A stretch of 64,000 bases of DNA from Bacteroidales bacterium (GCA_016342685.1 JAEINU010000001.1:1332933-1396932); one strand, 5' to 3'; numbered from the stretch's first letter, positions 19,225 through 28,065 are shown. The notes: generated by a model from the letters alone, not told the origin. Made by a program: numbers and translations.

Positions 19225-19896
19225 CTATTTTTCATTCCAATTTTTAACTTCAGTACGCAGCCAGTTAGCCCATTCATCAATCCCCTCCCCTGTTTTAGCG
19301 GTGATGGGTATCACTTTGATATTGGGATTTAGTTTTTTCACCCGTTCTTTCACGACCTCCAGATCAAAATCAAAAAAACCAATGGAATCCATTTTATTGA
19401 TCAATAAAACATCAACAATAGAAAACATTAAAGGGTATTTTAAAGGTTTGTCATCTCCTTCGGGAACGCTTAAAATCATAGCATTTTTTGATGCACCAGT
19501 ATCAAACTCTGCAGGACATACCAAATTTCCCACATTTTCTAAGATTGCAAAATCAACTCCTTCGGTACCTAGTCCTTCTAAACCTTGTTTGGTCATATCA
19601 GCATCTAAATGACACATTCCACCTGTATGCAATTGAATTACTTTAACTCCAGTTTTCGAAACCGTATTCGCATCAACATCAGAGTCAATATCCGCTTCTA
19701 AAACACCTATGCTCATTTCATCTTTTAAAGCTTCTATGGTTCTTAAAACGGTTGTTGTTTTACCTGAACCAGGTGATGACATGAGGTTCAATAAAAATGT
19801 CTTTTCTTTTTTTAAATCTGCCCTAAGCAAATCTGCTTGTCGGTCGTTATTTTCGAAAACGCTCTCCTTTATCTCAAGAATTTTATATGTATCCAT
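19225..19896 (-). CDS. hypB: Hydrogenase nickel incorporation GTPase HypB
   Basis: P-loop SSPGSGKTT. GGMCHLDADM (CH metal motif). ENVGNLVCP. NKMD guanine-specificity motif. Confidence 0.9.
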   Translation of the reverse strand: MDTYKILEIKESVFENNDRQADLLRADLKKEKTFLLNLMSSPGSGKTTTVLRTIEALKDEMSIGVLEADIDSDVDANTVSKTGVKVIQLHTGGMCHLDADMTKQGLEGLGTEGVDFAILENVGNLVCPAEFDTGASKNAMILSVPEGDDKPLKYPLMFSIVDVLLINKMDSIGFFDFDLEVVKERVKKLNPNIKVIPITAKTGEGIDEWANWLRTEVKNWNEK

Positions 19897-19919
19897 TTTC
19901 TGTTCTTCTTAATTTATGA

Positions 19920-20858
19920 TTATATATTTTCAGCAAAAACACGTTTATAGGCTTTTGTATCGGCAAATATTTCGTCTTTTAAGGGATTAAGCCTGTTTTT
20001 ACGAATCTTGTTAAACTGATAAACTACCAGGGCAAGGTTTGCGACCAATGCCAATAAACTAGCAATAAAAAATGCTTTTGGATTATGTGTAGTAGCAACA
20101 GGTGCTATGCGATCGGCAAACTGAGGGACAGTCATCACAAACATGATCCACAGAGCCAACGTGGAAGCGCGATGCTGTAACCAGGCTCCTTTTTTAATAA
20201 AAAATGCGGGGATAGTACATGAAAGAAGCAATGCAACTCCACAATAAAAGGAGTGGTCAGCTATACAGTTATAGGTATATGCAAAGTTCCACAGGTCATA
20301 AGCGATGATCCAGGGCCAGATCATATCAGGCCAAATCATATCTTTTGTCTTGTCTTTAGAAATAACAATACCGGCCCAACCACAAATAGTTATAATATTC
20401 AGCAGTCCAGCTATACCGTTCATGATATTCCACGGACCAGACATCACCCACAGATTATCAATAATGGCGCCATCCCATGCTCCATAAGAATAAACCTGGA
20501 AATCGCGTAAAACAGCCTCAAATATATTCACGGCAAGAATAAGTGGAGGGAACAATAAAAGCCCCTTCTTTTTACTTAGACCCGGAATATAACGTATGGC
20601 CATAAACCCTAAAACACCCGCCAGGGCCGAATATGTTTTTACCCAATTAAACCAGGTTCCCGTGCCGTATTCATTACCGGAGGCAGCAGTCTTTGGCCAA
20701 ACAAAGATTGTTAACACAAGAGGAATAATTAAAAATAGAACAATTCCTCCCCATTTTGTAGTACGACCTAATTCATTAAAAGCCATTAAAGCAAAAAGAA
20801 CCATGACCATAATAGCCCAACCTGAAAGACCAGGTACATCATAAAATAAACCCATCAT
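19920..20858 (-). CDS. Uncharacterised polytopic membrane protein, paralog B
   Basis: About nine hydrophobic segments. Shares the blocks GPWNIMNGIAG, GWAGI, KDMIW, WIIAYDLWNFAY, LLLSCTIPAFFIKKGAWLQHRA and NPLKDE with the upstream gene. Start moved to the ATGATG at 20858 (MMGLFYDVPG...), because the track's 44-aa extension has no counterpart in the paralog and would overlap it. Confidence 0.7.
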   Translation of the reverse strand: MMGLFYDVPGLSGWAIMVMVLFALMAFNELGRTTKWGGIVLFLIIPLVLTIFVWPKTAASGNEYGTGTWFNWVKTYSALAGVLGFMAIRYIPGLSKKKGLLLFPPLILAVNIFEAVLRDFQVYSYGAWDGAIIDNLWVMSGPWNIMNGIAGLLNIITICGWAGIVISKDKTKDMIWPDMIWPWIIAYDLWNFAYTYNCIADHSFYCGVALLLSCTIPAFFIKKGAWLQHRASTLALWIMFVMTVPQFADRIAPVATTHNPKAFFIASLLALVANLALVVYQFNKIRKNRLNPLKDEIFADTKAYKRVFAENI

Positions 20859-20927
20859 TTTATCCTTTAATTTATCTGTATTTTTTATTTCGTGCCATAA
20901 CAACACAAGCTTAAAAATGCATACAAG

Positions 20928-20955
20928 CTCCGCTTTGCTGATTTTCAAAGCGGAG
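20928..20955 (-). other. Intercistronic hairpin between the two paralogous membrane-protein genes
   Basis: The minus strand reads CTCCGCTTTG-AAAATCAG-CAAAGCGGAG, a perfect 10-bp GC-containing stem in the 112-nt gap. It may be an attenuator or processing site. Confidence 0.45.
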
Positions 20956-20970
20956 ATGTAAGCAGTACTT

Positions 20971-21888
20971 TTATTTGTTATCTTCCACAATCGATTGGTA
21001 GCTTTTTAAATCTGTATATACCTCATCTTTTAGCGGATTACGCTTAGATTTCACCATCTTATATACATGATAGATGACAAGAGCTATGTTTGCAATCAAA
21101 GCTATTGCGCTTATGGCAAATAGAGCAGTTGTATTTTGAGTTGATTTAACAGCAAATCGGGATGTATCGATGAATGCAGGAAAAGACATCACAAACATCA
21201 TCCAAACAGCCAATGTTTGTGCACGATGTTGTAACCATGCACCTTTTTTAATAAAAAAGGCAGGTATAGTACAAGAAAGTAACAATATTAAGCCTGCGTA
21301 AAAAGCATGGTCGCCAAGGGCATTATACACGTAAGCAAAATTCCATAGATCATAAGCGATAATCCAAAACCACAATTGGTCGGCCCATATCATATCTTTT
21401 TTCTTGCCCTTACTAATAAAAATACCAGCCCAGCCTGATATTGCCAATATATTTAAAATCCCGGCTATACCATTCATGATATTCCATGGACCACCAGTAA
21501 TCACAACACCATCGACAAAGCCATTTAGATTGTAACACTGAAAATCACGAATAACAGCTTCCATGATATTGATTGCCAATAGAAGAGCTGGTAACATCAA
21601 TATATACTTATTGTTGGCCCATCCTTTAATAAATCTTATGCCCATTATAATCAAGGTTATAGTTAACACAGAATATACTTTTGCATAATCAAACCAGGTA
21701 CCCACACTTGTTCCGGGGGTGGCAGTATGCGGCCAAACCATAAAAGCTAAATAAGTAGGTAATACTAAAAATAAGCCCAGCGCTATCCATTTATTTGCGC
21801 GTGCTATTTCATTAGCAAGCATTAATCCTGCTAATACGACAAATCCTATTAATATTGTTTGCCACGGTAATGATTCGAATAAATACAT
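20971..21888 (-). CDS. Uncharacterised polytopic membrane protein, paralog A
   Basis: 305 aa with about nine hydrophobic segments. It is the first gene after the FNR-like box and is colinear with paralog B along its whole length. Confidence 0.75.
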   Translation of the reverse strand: MYLFESLPWQTILIGFVVLAGLMLANEIARANKWIALGLFLVLPTYLAFMVWPHTATPGTSVGTWFDYAKVYSVLTITLIIMGIRFIKGWANNKYILMLPALLLAINIMEAVIRDFQCYNLNGFVDGVVITGGPWNIMNGIAGILNILAISGWAGIFISKGKKKDMIWADQLWFWIIAYDLWNFAYVYNALGDHAFYAGLILLLSCTIPAFFIKKGAWLQHRAQTLAVWMMFVMSFPAFIDTSRFAVKSTQNTTALFAISAIALIANIALVIYHVYKMVKSKRNPLKDEVYTDLKSYQSIVEDNK

Positions 21889-21915
21889 AACTTTATTTTT
21901 TAATTAAACATGACA

Positions 21916-21960
21916 CAAAAGTAGATGGTACGCGAATAAAAAAAGTTGAACTAGTTCAAC
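21916..21960 (-). promoter_or_regulatory. Operon promoter: FNR/CRP-like palindrome GTTGAACTAGTTCAAC (21945-21960) plus -7 box TACTTTTG (21916-21923)
   Basis: Perfect 16-bp palindrome, 21 nt upstream of a TAnnTTTG box, so its centre is near -41 (class II activator geometry). It lies 40 nt downstream of the stop of the Crp/Fnr-family regulator gene. Confidence 0.6.
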
Positions 21961-21999
21961 TTCGTACTCTGTTAATTAAAAAATTGCAGATCGTTCTTT

Positions 22000-22599
22000 T
22001 TAGCTTTTTAGCGAATTGTTTTTGAAGATTTTCTTTTTGAGCTTGCTGAGCCATTCTTTGCTTACTCCCATAAATTGAGCTATATATTTATCGGGTATCC
22101 TTCGCATATATACAGGATGCTGATGATATAAGAATAGTAAGAATTCCTCGGCATTTAATGACAGGCGCATGGCGCTAAACATATATAAATATTGAAAACT
22201 TCGTGCCGTAATTTTATGAAAAAGAACAGCAAATTCCTGAAAATTGCTAATTAAATATTCCAGTTGAGACTTAGAATATTCAATTACTTCGCAGTTTTCG
22301 ATAGCCTTTATTTGGAAATCGGAACTCTCCTCGGAAAAATAACTGGTAACAGACGATAGAAAAGCATAAACTTCATCTACGTAAAAACCCTGAACGATTT
22401 CTTTCCCATTTTGGTTTAGGAATGTTTGTATCAGACTGCCACTATTTATAAAATATCCATGGCGACACACCTGACCTGCTTTTAACAAATATTCGTTTTT
22501 CTTCAGGTGACGAATTTTCCCAAACTCCTGCAGCTGAGTCCACAATTCAGGACTCATTCTAATATCTTTATCTATAGCAAGCTTAAATTTTGAAAACAT
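22000..22599 (-). CDS. Crp/Fnr-family transcriptional regulator (cNMP-binding-like domain + C-terminal HTH)
   Basis: ~199 aa from the internal ATG at 22599 (MFSKFKLAID...). Beta-roll region YLLKAGQVCRHGYFINSGSL. C-terminal HTH DKYIAQFMGVSKEWLSKLKKK. There is no N-terminal Cys cluster, so it is not a canonical Fe-S FNR. Confidence 0.7.
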   Translation of the reverse strand: MFSKFKLAIDKDIRMSPELWTQLQEFGKIRHLKKNEYLLKAGQVCRHGYFINSGSLIQTFLNQNGKEIVQGFYVDEVYAFLSSVTSYFSEESSDFQIKAIENCEVIEYSKSQLEYLISNFQEFAVLFHKITARSFQYLYMFSAMRLSLNAEEFLLFLYHQHPVYMRRIPDKYIAQFMGVSKEWLSKLKKKIFKNNSLKS

Positions 22600-23429
22600 A
22601 AATATAGCTTTTATGGAGTAAATATAACATATTTTAATAAACCTCATAAAATACATGATTTTCTACCTATTACTTAAAAACCATCTATTTCTATTTTGTT
22701 AACAATATGAAAAAAATAACATTCAAGAGTCTTACATTATACTGTTTCCAAGAAATTATTTTCGACATTTATCTTTTTACTTTTTTTCATAAATGTCCAT
22801 TACAATCAATACTTCACACTTTTTTAATGAAATTACTAATTGTATTTAAATAGAATATCCAATTTGCGAATCACAAAAGCGTTGTAAAAACCTAAAACAA
22901 CTTTTATTCCCGTTGGTCATAAGAGAAGTTCTCATGAACGCAGTGAATAGTTTTCTATAACACTTGGCATACCAATCTCGATAAATTCAGAATCAAATCA
23001 CTACGAATAAAAACACTTTCACCATTAAACCGAAATACATATTCCATTTGCAATCCTTACAGAAGTACATCTAGATTGAGAAACTATATACTCATGTTTA
23101 CATGAATGACTATTTTTCAAGAAACATCTCTCACAGAAAAGCAGTAAATCATCTTATAAATTAAATTATAGATATATTCAAAAATCATATCATACTACCA
23201 ATATGATCAAAAATATTCGAGCCAAAATATTGTCCGATAACAAAAGAGACAAATATACAAGTGAAGGTTTTTTTTTATCAGCTACTTTCGTTTTCTTCGT
23301 GCAAATAAAAAAGGTCTTCTGTTTTTGGTAGTATTAACCAAAATTCGCATGAAACCTCGTTTTTTTTTAACACTATAAGACATCAAAAATTTCGGAATAA
23401 TTCACGATTAATTTAACATAAGACACTAT

Positions 23430-26258
23430 ATGGAAAACTTCTTTCCAAATCAAAGATGGACCAGTAAAGGTGAACCTGAACTTGGAGTAGGAATGGTTAC
23501 AGAAACTAGCAAAGGTCGGGTAAAGGTACATTTTCCAATATCCGATGAGACTCGACTGTATGCTATAGAAAACGCTCCCCTTCGCCGAGTACTTTTCAAG
23601 GCCGGGGATACAATCGTAGATACTAGTAAACGTCCATTGCTAATTGATCGTGTTGAACTGGATGGCGAGCTATTTTTATATTTTGGCCAAGACAGAACAT
23701 TATCTGAAGCAAACCTTGGAGATGTTTCAGTAAAACACGGTGTAGATGATCGACTTTCAGTTGGAGATGTTGATACACCAGAAATATTTACTTTACGCAG
23801 AAAGACACTTCAACATGATCATAGGCGGAGAATTTCTCCTGTAAATGGATTTGTAGGCGGACGAATCGATCTCATTCCTCATCAGCTTTACATTGCCCAT
23901 GAGGTGAGTACACGATATGCTCCCCGCGTTCTACTTTCAGACCAAGTTGGTCTTGGAAAAACAATAGAGGCTTGCTTAATTCTGCATCGCTTACTTTTAA
24001 GTGGACGAATTTCAAGAGTATTGATTCTTGTTCCTGATTCACTTGTTCACCAATGGTTTGTGGAAGTATTAAGAAGATTTAATCTATGGTTTCACATTTT
24101 TGATGAAGAGCGTTGCGCCGCAATTGACGATAGCGCACCAGAAGGAAACCCATTCCTAGACAATCAACTCATAATTTGTAGTACTGCTTTTTTGGCTAGT
24201 TCAGAAAATCGAGCACGGCAAGCTCTGTCGGCTAGTTGGGATATGCTTGTTGTGGATGAAGCTCACCACCTGAAATGGTCTGTTGATAAAGTGAGCCCGG
24301 AGTACGGTATTGTTGAACTATTGAGTAAAGTTGCTAAAGGATTACTACTACTAACAGCTACACCTGAGCAATTGGGTGCAGAAAGTCATTTTGCGCGACT
24401 TCGCTTGCTAGATCCAGACAGATATGCTGACTATGATGCTTTCAAAAACGAGCCACTAGATAATAAAGAAATTGCTAATATTGTCAAAAACCTGTCTTTA
24501 GGCAAGGCCATGCGAGTTAAGGATACAAAATTACTGGAATCGATTTTTGGCAAGGAAAGGATAGACTTATTAGTTAAAGGAGGAGATTCAGTACAAAATA
24601 ATCTCATAGAGGATTTGCTTGACCAACACGGACCGGGGAGAGTTGTTTTTCGAAATACCAGATCGGCAATGAACGGATTCCCAAAGCGAATACCCCACAT
24701 TGTTCCCATTGAAATAATGGAAGAGCATGATCTCTGGATAAAACGTTTGTCAAAAGAATTCTCAGTAGATATCAAAACTTCAGAGACTCCTTCTATTCAG
24801 CAAAAATTTTGGTTCACAGATGACCCTAGAGTTAACTGGCTTCTTAAAGCAATGGAAGATCTCAACCCAGCAAAAGTACTGCTCATATGTAAAACTAAAG
24901 AAAAGGTGCTTTCATTGGAAAGGGCATTAGCCAAACGTGTCAATTTTAAAATTGGTGTTTTTCACGAAGACCTCACTATTGTGCAGCGCGATAGGAATGC
25001 AGCTTGGTTCTCAGAACCAGAGGGGGCTAGATTACTCCTATGTTCTGAAATAGGGAGCGAGGGAAGAAATTTCCAATTCGCGCATCACCTCGTTCTATTC
25101 GACTTGCCATTTCATCCAGAATTATTGGAACAGCGAATTGGTCGCCTCGACCGTATTGGTCAGTCTTCGGCTATACATATTCATGTACCCTACCTTGTTG
25201 GAAGCCCTCAGGAAGTGCTTGTAAGGTGGTTTCACGAAGGATTAAATGCCTTTGGCGAAAACCTTGAGGGCGGAAATAAACTAGCTCAATTATTTAGCGA
25301 TCGCTTGTTGAATACTTCCTTATCCAACTCATCTCCAAATTCAGGAAAGCAACTCAAATCATTAATCGCCGACACAGCTATTTTCCAACAAGATCTCAAA
25401 AAAACTCTTGCAAACGGACGAGATCAATTGCTTGAAATGAATTCTTTTCGCCCAAAAATAGCCGAAAAACTGGTGAAACAAATCAGGGCAGAAGACCTCG
25501 ATATGAGTCTAGAAATATACATGACCAAGGTTTTTGAACATTTTAATATTGAAATGGAAGATCTTGCCCCCCGAACCTATTTATTGCATCCTTCGCAAAA
25601 AAACATAGATGTATTTCCATCTATTCCTGATACTGGTATTTCAATTACATTTGATCGAAAACGTGCACTTAGCAGAGAGGATATTAGTTTTATTAGTTGG
25701 GATCATCCAATGGTGACAGGTGCAATAGACATGGTATTAAGTTCAGGAACCGGAGGTGCAAGCTATGGAGTTCTCCGCGGAAGCGGAAATCCAGCGATTC
25801 TACTTGAGGTACTTTTTGTTCTTGAAACAGCGGGAGAACAAAGTGTTTTTGTTGACCGTTTTCTTCCTAAAACACTCTTGAGAGTGGTGGTTGATCATAC
25901 TGGAGATGAAGTAACCGATATTTATCCTGTTGAAGTATTCGAAAAACAGTTGATTTCTGGACAAATCAACGATATGATAAATAATGAGACCTTAATGGAT
26001 AATATCCTTCCGAATATGATCTCAACATCCTATGAAATTGCGGAAGCACTCGGATCGGCAGAAATTTCAAATGGACTGCAAAACATGAAGTTCACTACGA
26101 ATCACGAAATAGATAGACTTAAATCTCTACACAAAAAAAACAAGAATATTCGACCGGAAGAAATTCTGATTGCACTCGAAGAGCAGACAAACCTTGCAAG
26201 CCTTATTGGAAATGCAAGAATCAGGTTGGATGCACTCCAACTCATCCGCAAGGAGTAG
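23430..26258 (+). CDS. rapA: RNA polymerase-associated SNF2 ATPase RapA (HepA)
   Basis: Colinear with E. coli RapA from end to end: NQRWTSKGEPELGVG, LIPHQLYIAHEV, RVLLSDQVGLGKTIEA, DEAHHL, LLLTATPEQLG, HFARLRLLDPDR, RVVFRNTR, CSEIGSEGRNFQFA, DLPFHPELLEQRIGRLDRIGQ, ITFDRKRALSREDISFISWDHP, LDALQLI. Confidence 0.9.
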   Translation: MENFFPNQRWTSKGEPELGVGMVTETSKGRVKVHFPISDETRLYAIENAPLRRVLFKAGDTIVDTSKRPLLIDRVELDGELFLYFGQDRTLSEANLGDVSVKHGVDDRLSVGDVDTPEIFTLRRKTLQHDHRRRISPVNGFVGGRIDLIPHQLYIAHEVSTRYAPRVLLSDQVGLGKTIEACLILHRLLLSGRISRVLILVPDSLVHQWFVEVLRRFNLWFHIFDEERCAAIDDSAPEGNPFLDNQLIICSTAFLASSENRARQALSASWDMLVVDEAHHLKWSVDKVSPEYGIVELLSKVAKGLLLLTATPEQLGAESHFARLRLLDPDRYADYDAFKNEPLDNKEIANIVKNLSLGKAMRVKDTKLLESIFGKERIDLLVKGGDSVQNNLIEDLLDQHGPGRVVFRNTRSAMNGFPKRIPHIVPIEIMEEHDLWIKRLSKEFSVDIKTSETPSIQQKFWFTDDPRVNWLLKAMEDLNPAKVLLICKTKEKVLSLERALAKRVNFKIGVFHEDLTIVQRDRNAAWFSEPEGARLLLCSEIGSEGRNFQFAHHLVLFDLPFHPELLEQRIGRLDRIGQSSAIHIHVPYLVGSPQEVLVRWFHEGLNAFGENLEGGNKLAQLFSDRLLNTSLSNSSPNSGKQLKSLIADTAIFQQDLKKTLANGRDQLLEMNSFRPKIAEKLVKQIRAEDLDMSLEIYMTKVFEHFNIEMEDLAPRTYLLHPSQKNIDVFPSIPDTGISITFDRKRALSREDISFISWDHPMVTGAIDMVLSSGTGGASYGVLRGSGNPAILLEVLFVLETAGEQSVFVDRFLPKTLLRVVVDHTGDEVTDIYPVEVFEKQLISGQINDMINNETLMDNILPNMISTSYEIAEALGSAEISNGLQNMKFTTNHEIDRLKSLHKKNKNIRPEEILIALEEQTNLASLIGNARIRLDALQLIRKE

Positions 26259-26288
26259 CTTTTTTAGTCCTTTTGTAAGCAACTAAAA

Positions 26289-26330
26289 ATAGAGTGTCGT
26301 GCTGAATTTATTATAAGTACGACACTCTAT
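26289..26330. terminator. Bidirectional hairpin terminator between the convergent rapA and M56/M23 genes
   Basis: ATAGAGTGTCGT-(18 nt)-ACGACACTCTAT, a perfect 12-bp stem flanked by A/T runs on both sides. Confidence 0.6.
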
Positions 26331-26338
26331 AAGTTTAT

Positions 26339-27682
26339 TTAAAAATAATCGGCTGGATTTACGTTTTCACCATCCTTCTTTACTTCGTAATGTAAATGCG
26401 GCCCTGTAGACCGACCAGTACTTCCAACAAGTCCAATAACATCTCCTTGTTTTACTTCTTGTCCTTCTTTAACATTATACTCTGATAGCATGGAATAAAG
26501 TGTTGAATATCCCCCTTCATGATCAATTATTATATACTTCCCATATCCTTTACCTTCCACATGATTTTGTTTTACTTTTCGCACTAGACCATCGGCTGTT
26601 GCATATATTGGAGTTCCTTTCGGAGCTTTAATGTCAACTGCTTTGTGCATTCTCTCCTTTTTTGAAAATGGATCTATCATCATTCCAAATTCTGAAGAAA
26701 TTTTAACTCCATCAACTTTCTTTACAGGAAATATTGAAGGAACAGAATTCGTTTTTGTTTGTGTAAGACTTTTACTATTTAGTTCGTTTACAACTACTTT
26801 TTTATCATTCGAAAAATCAATTGTAAATGCCATAAGTAAAATTGCCATGAATGGAATTACTAAGATAATTTTGAATTTTGCTAGTATTCCTGAATTTATT
26901 CTTGTCATCATTTTTATTCTGTTTTTAGTTAATGAATAATTAAATTGGCTGGTAAGATTCACACTAAAACTCCGTTCAATTTGATTGAGAATAAGTCTCT
27001 GATAGCTAATTTTATCGCTATTCGCAATTAACACACCTCTGTCAGCTAAATACTCATGAACTTCTTTAAATGCTAGTCTGTACCGATAAATGAAAGGATT
27101 AAACCACTGAAGAACAAGTAATAATTCAAGCAAAATAACATCAACCGAATGCAATTGCTTCGAGTGGGTTATTTCGTGTAACAACAATTCACGAGATTCA
27201 ATTGAACCATAGTCATCTTTATTAATAAAAATATAATTAAAAAACGAAAATGGTGAACTGTTGCTATTAAGTAATACTATTTTTTTATTTCGATAAGCGA
27301 TTATTTCATTGGCTCTAATTGTTTTTAAAATTTTTATTATTTGATGTATAAACCGTACAAAAAACAAATTTGCAATCAATAAATATAAGATAAGAATATA
27401 GTTAGGATTTGATATTGCATTTACTGTTTGTTCTTCTATAGAGCTTACAGTAGAACCAATATCAAAATATTCACTGAATTCAAATTGATTTTGAGAATTA
27501 ACCATTATACTTGACGCTGAAAAATCAAGTAATGGAAGGATTACTGAAAAAATCAATCCAAAGATTAAAAAATAACGATTGAACCGAAACCAAGTATCGC
27601 GTTTTAAGAATAATTCATAAAACAAATAAAATACAACTACCAGAATCGACGATTCTATAATATATATTAATGCTAAACTCAT
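26339..27682 (-). CDS. BlaR1/MecR1-type M56 peptidase signal transducer with a C-terminal M23 (LytM) peptidase domain
   Basis: N-terminal TM region with the M56 zinc motif LLHEITHSKQLH. Further TM segment. C-terminal M23 signature GSTGRSTGPHLHYEV. Start codon overlaps the blaI-like stop (ATGA at 27682). Confidence 0.8.
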   Translation of the reverse strand: MSLALIYIIESSILVVVFYLFYELFLKRDTWFRFNRYFLIFGLIFSVILPLLDFSASSIMVNSQNQFEFSEYFDIGSTVSSIEEQTVNAISNPNYILILYLLIANLFFVRFIHQIIKILKTIRANEIIAYRNKKIVLLNSNSSPFSFFNYIFINKDDYGSIESRELLLHEITHSKQLHSVDVILLELLLVLQWFNPFIYRYRLAFKEVHEYLADRGVLIANSDKISYQRLILNQIERSFSVNLTSQFNYSLTKNRIKMMTRINSGILAKFKIILVIPFMAILLMAFTIDFSNDKKVVVNELNSKSLTQTKTNSVPSIFPVKKVDGVKISSEFGMMIDPFSKKERMHKAVDIKAPKGTPIYATADGLVRKVKQNHVEGKGYGKYIIIDHEGGYSTLYSMLSEYNVKEGQEVKQGDVIGLVGSTGRSTGPHLHYEVKKDGENVNPADYF

Positions 27683-28065
27683 TACTTTTCCGTTTTTTTC
27701 TTTAACTCAATTTGCTCTTCGACTTGCTTTTTTAAAAGTTCTAACTCTGTTAAACTTAGATCATTTTCCGAAGTAAAAAATGAAACCAATTTACTTGCGG
27801 AATTATTAAAAAAGTTTTTAGTGATTCCTTTAAAAAATACTTTTGTATATTCTGTTTTACCTACTTTTGGATGATACTCATTTGATTTTCCGTACGTCTT
27901 AAAATTAATAAAACCCTTATTTACCAATACTCTAACAACAGTAGAAATAGTAGTATATGCAGGTTTTGGCTCAGGGAATTTATCAACAATATCCTTTAGG
28001 AATCCTTTTTTAATCTCCCAGAGATATTGCATTACTTGTTCTTCAGCTTTGGTTAATTCTTTCAT
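27682..28065 (-). CDS. BlaI/MecI/CopY-family transcriptional repressor
   Basis: 127 aa. Winged-helix N-terminus LTKAEEQVMQYLWEIKKGFLKDIV...YTTISTVVRVLVNKGF. Translationally coupled to the M56 gene. Confidence 0.85.
   Translation of the reverse strand: MKELTKAEEQVMQYLWEIKKGFLKDIVDKFPEPKPAYTTISTVVRVLVNKGFINFKTYGKSNEYHPKVGKTEYTKVFFKGITKNFFNNSASKLVSFFTSENDLSLTELELLKKQVEEQIELKKKTEK

Noticed and set aside
15302-22000. Expectation that hypA and hypB imply a hydrogenase, urease or CODH structural gene in this locus.
   Set aside because: I read all ORFs of 60 aa or more on both strands. None has [NiFe] large-subunit (RxCGxC...DPCxxC), small-subunit, UreC or CooS-type motifs.
22000-22599. Calling the regulator a true oxygen-sensing FNR.
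   Set aside because: The N-terminus has no Cys cluster for a [4Fe-4S] centre. Only the DNA-site similarity is FNR-like, so the effector is unknown.
22707-22829. A 40-codon ORF (MKKITFKSLTLYCFQEIIFDIYLFTFFHKCPLQSILHTFL), and a 31-codon minus-strand fragment (MEYVFRFNGESVFIRSDLILNLSRLVCQVL), in the desert upstream of rapA.
   Set aside because: There are no supporting motifs, promoter or conservation evidence. They are probably chance ORFs or decayed remnants in AT-rich DNA.
23430-26258. The SNF2 helicase as a stand-alone anti-phage defence gene (DISARM/Zorya/BREX-like).
   Set aside because: It is colinear with housekeeping RapA along its full length, including the RapA-specific N- and C-terminal domains. 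No methyltransferase, nuclease or other defence partner is adjacent.
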